Shown here piece by piece: positions 52,864 to 64,000 of a stretch of DNA of 64,000 bases. Location: the NCBI GenBank assembly GCA_943704425.1, contig CALSCP010000648.1:1-64000 (forward strand). Reading direction: 5' to 3'. The stretch is from Ministeria vibrans ATCC 50519 (Eukaryota; Protista; Filasterea). A program made the position numbers and the translations under genes. Each line of letters opens with the position of its first letter. Position 1 is the stretch's first letter. Under the pieces are notes generated by a model. The model was not told where the DNA came from and ran no database searches. It was given only the letters and a program-made list of their open reading frames with translations.

Positions 52864-53393
52864 GACAGAGGCAGAAGCTGTCGCGGACAACGGTCGATAG
52901 GGCTCAAGGGAGGGGGGTACTCAGGTATCAAGTACGAGAGAGAGAGAAAGATAATTGATATTTGATTGGATAATGGATTACACTTTACAGATTACTCTTG
53001 GATATGAAATTTGACTTCCTGAGTGATCGAGTCACAGTTTGAATATTTTCAGTGCTAGTCTTTTGTTCCTTCCAGGGATATTGTGCATCTAGATTCTAGA
53101 GACTAGAACCTAATAAATAAATAAATCAACCTATCGCAATAATCGCATTAATTTTGAGTAATTTTGAGTAAACTTTTCGACTTCATTTATCTAATCGCAT
53201 ATTTATTCGCATGAGTGAATTTCGCATCACCTGTTAGGCCATCAGTCAACGTGTCTCCGCTCTCTCTCTCAATGCTCAAAATGTTTTGTGTTTCACACAC
53301 ACACTCACAGTTTTGTGATTCTTTTCCTAACTCGTGTGTCTTCTTCTTCTTATGTTATTTTAGTCATTAGTGGTTTTGCAGTGTTTCGCGGAA

Positions 53394-54155
53394 ATGACTC
53401 TGCTTCGAACAGCACTGCTCCTGCTGACGCTTGGCGCTGCATGTCAGGCCGAATTTTACATTGATCTCTACGTAAGACTGAAGCCGCAAAAAGAACCCTC
53501 TGTGCTCGGGTGTGGGGGGAAGGGGCTCAACGGCACTGCAGCCGATCAACACTCGCGCCATGGGACGTCATATGCTGTCGTTTGACAACACAAAAAGCAC
53601 AAAATTCACACCAGAAAACAATCATAATAAAATGTGTTTTTGCAGAGCTTTGGCAATACAACAGAATGCAGCACACGCCCGTCAGCGTACACCATCCCTG
53701 TAGCCTCGTGCGAGAACGTCCACATTGCCCAGACACGCATCATGTCGGTGCAGGGCACCTGCTCGGCAGCGCACGGGTCGGTCGTGCTGACCGTCTGCTT
53801 GAAGGCCGACTGCCGCTCTTGCTTCCCCCCCACAAAGACCCACTCTTTCCACTGTGTGCCGCCCTTTACTGGCATTGATTACAGCCTTATGCTCGATTGC
53901 ACCACGGTGGCTCCAGCAGCGCCGTCTGCCCAGCCGGTCACGCCACACTCCGATGGCTCCGGTGCGCTTCCGTCGTGGGCCATTGGCGTCATTGTCGTCT
54001 GCTGCATCATCATTGTGGGCCTGGTCTGCTTCTTCTCCATCATGCGATACCGTGCAAGCAAGCGCGCTGGCTTTGCCATTGACCTGACGCCCGTACACGA
54101 GCATGGGCAGGGTCGCTCGACAACGTCGTACCGTCTGCTCGACGACGAGAGATGA
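53394..54155 (+). CDS. Small type I membrane protein with a Cys-rich ectodomain
   Basis: Signal peptide exon (MTLLRTALLLLTLGAACQA), intron ~53472-53646, six-Cys ectodomain, TM segment WAIGVIVVCCIIIVGLVCFFSIM, tail ending YRLLDDER. Confidence 0.65.
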
Positions 54156-54642
54156 CGAAAGTCGCAGGAGAGCCGAGAGGCGCCAGCAATTCGAGTAGTG
54201 TTCTGTGCTGTGTGCCATATAAAGGGAGTGTTTACTTTGATTATTATTGATAATTATGATTGTTATGCCGGTCATGATTATTATGAATTCAGGGAGATGT
54301 ACAAGAAGATGACTATTACAAGTCACACGATGGTGTTGGAGGGTTGTCTTTGCGCTCGGTTGTGTCACGAATCTTCAAGCTTGCCACGGCTACAAGAAAG
54401 GAAGCAAAACGAGCAAGCACGATGAGTTCGTGTGTGTGTGTGTGTATGTATGTGTGTGTGTGTGTGTTATATTTTGTGTGTGCGTGTTTGTGTCTATTAT
54501 GTTGAATGATTCTGACTCTTACGTCCCGTTTCACTCTCTTTGATTTCCGCTTGAACGACGTTTTCGCGCATGATGGTCGCGGTATCCTGAGCAACCTTCA
54601 ATTGCTAGAAGGTAGACTGAGTCGTGAGTGGAAGACGCACGA

Positions 54643-54853
<211 letters not shown>

Positions 54854-55411
54854 AGTGAGATTGATTGAGACTGAATAAGTCTTTGAGTCAGTCTGAATGA
54901 GACTGAGTGAGTGTCTGTGTCTTTGTGAGTCTGATTATCAGGCTTGATTGTGTTATTCTTCTTATTTTTTTATTCTTTTTTATTAGTTACCGCAATTGAA
55001 ACGGTCGATTCTCTCTTCAATTGCGGCAAATAAGAGAAAGAGCGGAAAAAAATAATAGCAAAATATAACAAATTAATGAACATTACTAATAATGAAATTT
55101 ATCAGAATGACAGAGCGATCGCCACAACCCACAGTGCAAATTGCCAGTGGCTGTCATGGCAACAGATATTTGTTAGAGAGTGAATGTGGTGGTGCGTGTA
55201 ACGTGTAACGTGGCGGGCGCAGTGCGCTTGTGGACGTCCAAGATGTCAAATTCAGATGCAGTCAAATTAACTACTCATAAGATCTAATTTGAAAAGGTTC
55301 AAATCTGACTCACAATCTGTTGGATCAGTTCGCACACCGGCAGTCAGTCACGCCTTTTTGGACTCTTCTGCCATCGCACCCTCAAGACCCTTTTGGTAGA
55401 CGACCGTACGA

Positions 55412-56737
55412 ATGGAGGACTCGGACCAGTGCTGCCTTGTGGACGACACGAGTCGCTGTCAACGCCCTGCGTCTGCCGCTCTCTTCTCCAAACGCATCCA
55501 GGTGCGCCTTGTCGTCGCACCGCATCCCCATTTGCAAGTGGGGGCTCTTCTCGCCCCATGCCAAGTCTGCCTGCGTGTGCTGCTGCTGGGCCGGCAGGAA
55601 GGGCGTTCTGCGCCTGACGACTGCACACACTGTTTGTTTTGAATAATACCCAACCATGCACTTGATATAACGCCCCACATGCGCTCTCATACGAGACACA
55701 CATGGTGTATTTGTCTGTCTTGATGGGCGGCAGCGCCGATTTCTGCGTCTTTCCATCGCAGCAGACGTCAAGTTCATTCTAAGACATCGGCAGAAAAAAA
55801 TGAAAACGCAAATGGACCGCAGCACACCGTCGCATTGGCATCTGTCGCATGGCGCATACCTGTGTTGTTGGGTGGTTTGTTGAATGGCGCCGTTGGACGG
55901 GCTGGAAAGGGCGCGAGTTGTGCTGCAGAAGGGGTTGGGTGAAAAAAAGAAAAAAAAAAGAAGTAGCTGGTCACGCTGTCTCAGCCAAAACACGACTTCC
56001 CAGTGGTGTTTCGGCGCGTCTTTACTGCTACTGTGATGTGTGTGCTGTTAAAGAGCTGGGCTTGGTGTGTGATTGGGCGATGGGGGTCTGTGGCGGCCTC
56101 CAGGCGCTCCGTCCTGCTGCAAGTTATATGGCGACTGACATGAGATGACTTTCCCCTCAGAAAACGGTTCAGGCAAAGCAAATCCGACTGGCTGTGGACA
56201 CGATGGCGGGGCATGTTCGAATTTGCCAATACCACAAGGGAATGATCATCTCGGAGCGCAAGAAGGAGCGCCCCAACACACTGAGTGACGAGCCGGCAAA
56301 CCCTCAGCTGCAGTTTCAGTCGGGCTTTCCGCCAGCCACAGGCTACGTACCGTATCCTCCCTCGTACAGTGCCGTTCCTCTTACGTCAGCAACCGCAACC
56401 TTTGGCGAAGTAAGCAAAGCAAAGAAAACCCCATTGTGATTGAAATGTTCTCTCGCTCATGTTTAATGTGTGTGTTAGGTTGATTTTGAATCGCTCGCAA
56501 TGAATTCACTGAAGCGCTACAAACGGTTCTACAGATTAGCGCCGCGAAATTCAGCCTCGAAACAAGACTTAATTCATGTAAACCCGTCTGAAAGAGAGAG
56601 AATTTTTTGGAAACTCTGATTGTGTGTGTTTCTCTTAGTCTGTGCGACGACACTTTCAGAGTGTGCCAGTGAATCCCTCAGAAGTCCTTAACATGTTCAT
56701 TTTGACTGTCCGTCACAACATCAACAAGCTTGATTAA
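55412..56737 (+). CDS. SAP30: Sin3-HDAC complex subunit SAP30/SAP30L
   Basis: QCCLVDDTSRCQRPASAALFSKRIQ|KTV..HVRICQYHK zinc finger; VDFESLAMNSLKRYKRFYRL..SKQDL..VRRHF Sin3-binding domain. Confidence 0.92.
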
Positions 56738-56864
56738 CCAGCGGGAGAGAGGAGGGGAAAGAGAGGAGAGGAGAGGAGGGGGAAAGAAAGAGAAGACTGA
56801 GTGTAACTGCCAAATTAACTTGTTTCAAGTCAACAATTGTTTTTTATTATTGTATACAGTAGGG

Positions 56865-57270
56865 TCAAAGTCTGTGCTGGAGGGCCTTGAGAAGGTCAGG
56901 GTCATTCAGGCGCAAGGCAAGCGCATATGGGGAGTCACCGGCGGCATTTGGGAGGTCGATGCGGACGAGAGGGGAGCGAGCGAGGAGGAGAGTGCACGCG
57001 AGACATTTTGCGGAGAGGGCCAAGTGGAGAGGAGTGTCACGAGAAAGAGTGCTCTGCTGGTTGAGGAGTGCACTGGGACGCAGGGAGTTGTCTGATGTTG
57101 ATGTGGTATTGATAGTGGTGAGCATGAGAGTGAGGGTGGTCGGGTGACAGTGAGTGGCACTGGCGTGCAGTGCCGAGTAGCCACTGGTGGTGCGCAGGAA
57201 AGGACGCACTTTGCGATGCTCAAGAAGATGCTGTGCCAGTGCACCGAGTCCCTGAGAAACAGCTAACAAC

Positions 57271-57338
<68 letters not shown>

Positions 57339-57346
57339 NNNNNNNN

Positions 57347-57427
<81 letters not shown>

Positions 57428-59953
57428 TGTGTGTGTGTCAGAAAAGGGGGGCAAGAGAGCCAAAAATGAGTTACCGAGAAAAAAGGGAGATTCTCCTGTG
57501 GAGAGTCTGAGGTCACAGTTGACACGCGAGTCGGACAAGAGCAGCTGAACAATGGGATGAAGCTCAGACTGAATGGCAATGTGAAGCGCTGTGGCTCTGT
57601 ACTGGCGAGTGACTGCGTTGACGTTGATGGACGGTTGAGCAAGAATAAACCGGACAAGTGCGACTGAGCGAGATGAAACCGCCTAAGGGAGACACCACAC
57701 TCAGATTGTGTTGTGTTATTGTGTGTGGGATATGTACTAGGTGTAAAGGAGTCGCATTGGAGGAGCGCACATTGGTTGAGAGGTCCGCGTTAGCACTGAG
57801 GAGCGACTGAACAGTGCGCAAATGACCCTTGAGAAGGGCCAAATGGAGTGGAGTGTGTCTATCAGTGTCTTGTGCGTTGACACGTGTTCGTGTGTGCTCT
57901 GTCAGCAGTGCCACAATAGACGCGTGTCCCGCATGAGCCGCTAGCGACCCAATCAGTCTTCAATAATGCGTGTGTGTGTGCGTGAGATTGATTTACCTGC
58001 GTGAAGTGGAGTTGAGCCGTCCTTGAGCGTTGTGTGAGGGTCAGCGCCCAACGCAAGCAACTGCGCCACAATCTCAGCGTGTCCGCTGTGACACGCTATA
58101 TACATCATCACACAAATAAGCACTCTCTGCGGATCTGTCGTTTTTGTGTACCGTATGAGAGTGGCGTTGCTCCTTGGTACGTTGGGATGTCAAGGAGGTG
58201 TGGGTGTGCGGTGAGGAATGGCGCAAGGACGTCAATGAGTGACAGAGGGCCGTTGCCACTGGCAACAAAGAGGGCTGTTGCGCCGTCGCGCGGGAGACGC
58301 GCCTGAAGCAGCAACTCAGGTTCAGGGCTGCTGGGGTGTGTCAGGAGCAGATGCAAAATGTGAGGGTGACGGTATTGCGCCGCTGAGAGAAAAAAGCAAA
58401 GCAATGATTAGAAAGAGAGAGAGAGAAGAAAAAGGAAAAGAGTAAGTGAAAAGGGAGACGGAGAGATGAAGAGCATTGTACCAATATAAATAGGAGAAGC
58501 GCCTTCCATTGAAGCCAATTGACGGGCCCCAGAGTCGAGCAGAGCACGCACACATGCCACATGGCCATTCTCAACGGCTGCGTGTAGGGCTGTTGCTCCA
58601 TTCGCCGCCTCATACCCAAACTCGGTGTCTGAGGAGGACCTACACCCGCCCTCAAAATTAGTTTTCTTCACTTCAGAAACACTTCAACTCCATACCCTTC
58701 TTTGGCTTGCAGAGCAGAAGTTTTCTTCCCACGAGGCATCACGTAGTTCGGATTGGCATTGTGCTTGAGCAGTGTGCGCAGTGTGTCCACGTGGCCGTTT
58801 TGTGCCGCAAGATACGCAGCAGTTGTGTCGCCCAGCAAAAGCGCATCTGTGCAGAAACGAATTTGTTTTAGGATTCACGCAACAAAAAAAACGTGTTTTG
58901 GTCAACCTGGATCCGACCCGCACTGTTCCAGAAGCACGGTCGCAACTGCATCAAATCCCAAATCGGCTGCCACGTGCAACGGACGTCCGCCTTGGGCCTT
59001 TTCGCGCGCTGCATTTGCGTGCAAGCGACACAGTGTGCGCACTGTCTCAGTCTCGTTCATTTCCGCTGCAAAGTGCAACGGAGTCGATCCTGCAAACTTA
59101 TGGGGTGCGTCAACGTCGGCATTGCGCTCGTGAAGCGCCTCAACCAGCTCACAGGATCCAATCGAAGACGCAATGTGCATTGAGGTCATTCCGTTGTTTC
59201 CCATCGCTACACTCAACACGAAACCACCATGAGCGCTTGGAGAGAAGAGGATTGCTTTTTGAAACCTTCCACATCGGCACCATGGTTCAGTAGAATGCGG
59301 ACAGCCTCCCGTTGACTGGCGGCAACAGCCGCATGCAACGGAGTCGTGCCATCCTCGCTGGGCATGTCGACGTCCAGTCCGTCGCGCCCCAGGAGCTCCT
59401 CGAGCAACGCCACGTCTCCCCGCGCCGCCGCCCGGTGCAGCGGGTAGTTGTCGTTCAGCACGGCTGCTCGTTTGATGGCGGGAACGACGCCGTACTGCAG
59501 CAACGACCAGGCGGAGTCCAGATTGCCAGTCTAAGCGACAGAGTGAGGTGTTGGAGTGCCAATGGTGTCTCTCGCGACAGACGCACCTGTGCCATTGTAT
59601 ACGTGTGATCGTGCCATTCAGCCATTGAAACAGCACCTCCAGTCACACGTCGCTCCATTGCCTGCCAGCGTCGGCGTCCCTCCGCAGCAGAGACATCAAA
59701 TCTGTGTTTTGAGACACTCTGAGTGTTTAGTGCATTGTTTTCTTTTTCGTCGTGAAACAAATTGTTACGGCTCAATCACTCGCTCAATGTCTACAGCACG
59801 TTCCCATGGTTGCTTCTGTTGAAGCTCCACAGCATTGTTGGTCATGTCAACCGGTTCAGCGTCGCGGAAATATTCAACTTCATTCGACGACAATCCCATC
59901 GCCACAAGAGCCAGAAAGGCACTTATAGTGCGTAGAAGCACATGGCCTTGCAT
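56865..59953 (-). CDS. Ankyrin-repeat protein with a predicted N-terminal signal peptide (multi-exon)
   Basis: Many G-x-T-P/A-L-H repeats (GTTPLHAAV, GSTPLHFAA, GATALHAAV, RHTPLHLAL, RDTPLHLAL); N-terminus MQGHVLLRTISAFLALVAMGLSS. Confidence 0.85.
57276..57438. repeat. (GT)n microsatellite spanning an N-gap in an ankyrin-gene intron
   Basis: Direct observation. Confidence 0.95.
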
Positions 59954-60574
59954 GGGAGTGATGAGAAAGGGCGCAAATCAACTAAGCAGCAAAGAATAAG
60001 TCAAATAGCTAATCGTTAAGATATTGTAATGTGTGATAATTTATGATTATTATATGATTAAAGTTCCAAGAGTCTGGCCGGGCAAAAGACAGACATACTG
60101 ATGTATCTGTAATCTGATTGACTGAAAGATACCACTCGTTGTCTTTGATTCTGGCAGTTCATTCTTTTGACGGGCAAATTGAAATATCTATCTATTGATC
60201 TCAAATTAAAAGGAAGGAGCTTAAATTGTCCCCCAAATATCACAACTTCGCTCGAGAGATAGCAATCAAAGACCAAGCTGTATCGGATCTGTCGACTGTC
60301 TCTTTACCCTTACGCGACCAAGTAGACTGACTGTGCAAGTAAGTCTTCAAAATCTTGACGTCAGATCAAAACCAGTTCACTCATCCCGCCAAACTTTAAT
60401 TCAACTCCCTGTCCTCCCTCCAGCAAGATCTTCAGCGAATCTTGCTCCATAATAATACTATATCATTCTTAAACCACTTCCAGGCGCGTGTGCTTGAATC
60501 TGAAGCGAGACTGCGATGCATTCAGATTTACTCGACCGATCGCAAACGCCAAAATAATCAACAATCCAACTTAG

Positions 60575-64000
<3,426 letters not shown>

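Overview
Gene-dense eukaryotic nuclear DNA with short GT-AG introns, abundant microsatellites and several N-gaps. The gene set (WDR34, NEK11-like kinase, RalGPS-like GEF, SAP30, ENTR1, a MENTAL-domain protein, a Maf/CNC-like bZIP, cpRAS) suggests a flagellated unicellular amorphean, probably a holozoan protist; this is inference. About 30 protein-coding genes can be supported, mostly housekeeping (AP3S, sideroflexin, OTUD6B, SGTA, METTL9, UTP3, SCAMP, ELP6, SLU7, SDA1). The standout feature is an otherwise intact U6 snRNA gene (~2600-2744) with a 29-nt non-GT-AG insertion at the ACAGAGA box. The insertion folds into a bulge-helix-bulge/loop geometry, and cutting at the usual tRNA-splicing-endonuclease positions restores the canonical U6 sequence exactly, making it a candidate tRNA-type intron in a spliceosomal snRNA. 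Also notable: two disrupted intronless ORFs at the left edge, a circularly permuted Ras-VWA gene at the right edge, and strong evidence that segment 15503-25315 is mis-assembled (METTL9 split and out of order, Rab22 and RalGPS truncated). All family assignments come from remembered motifs, not database searches.
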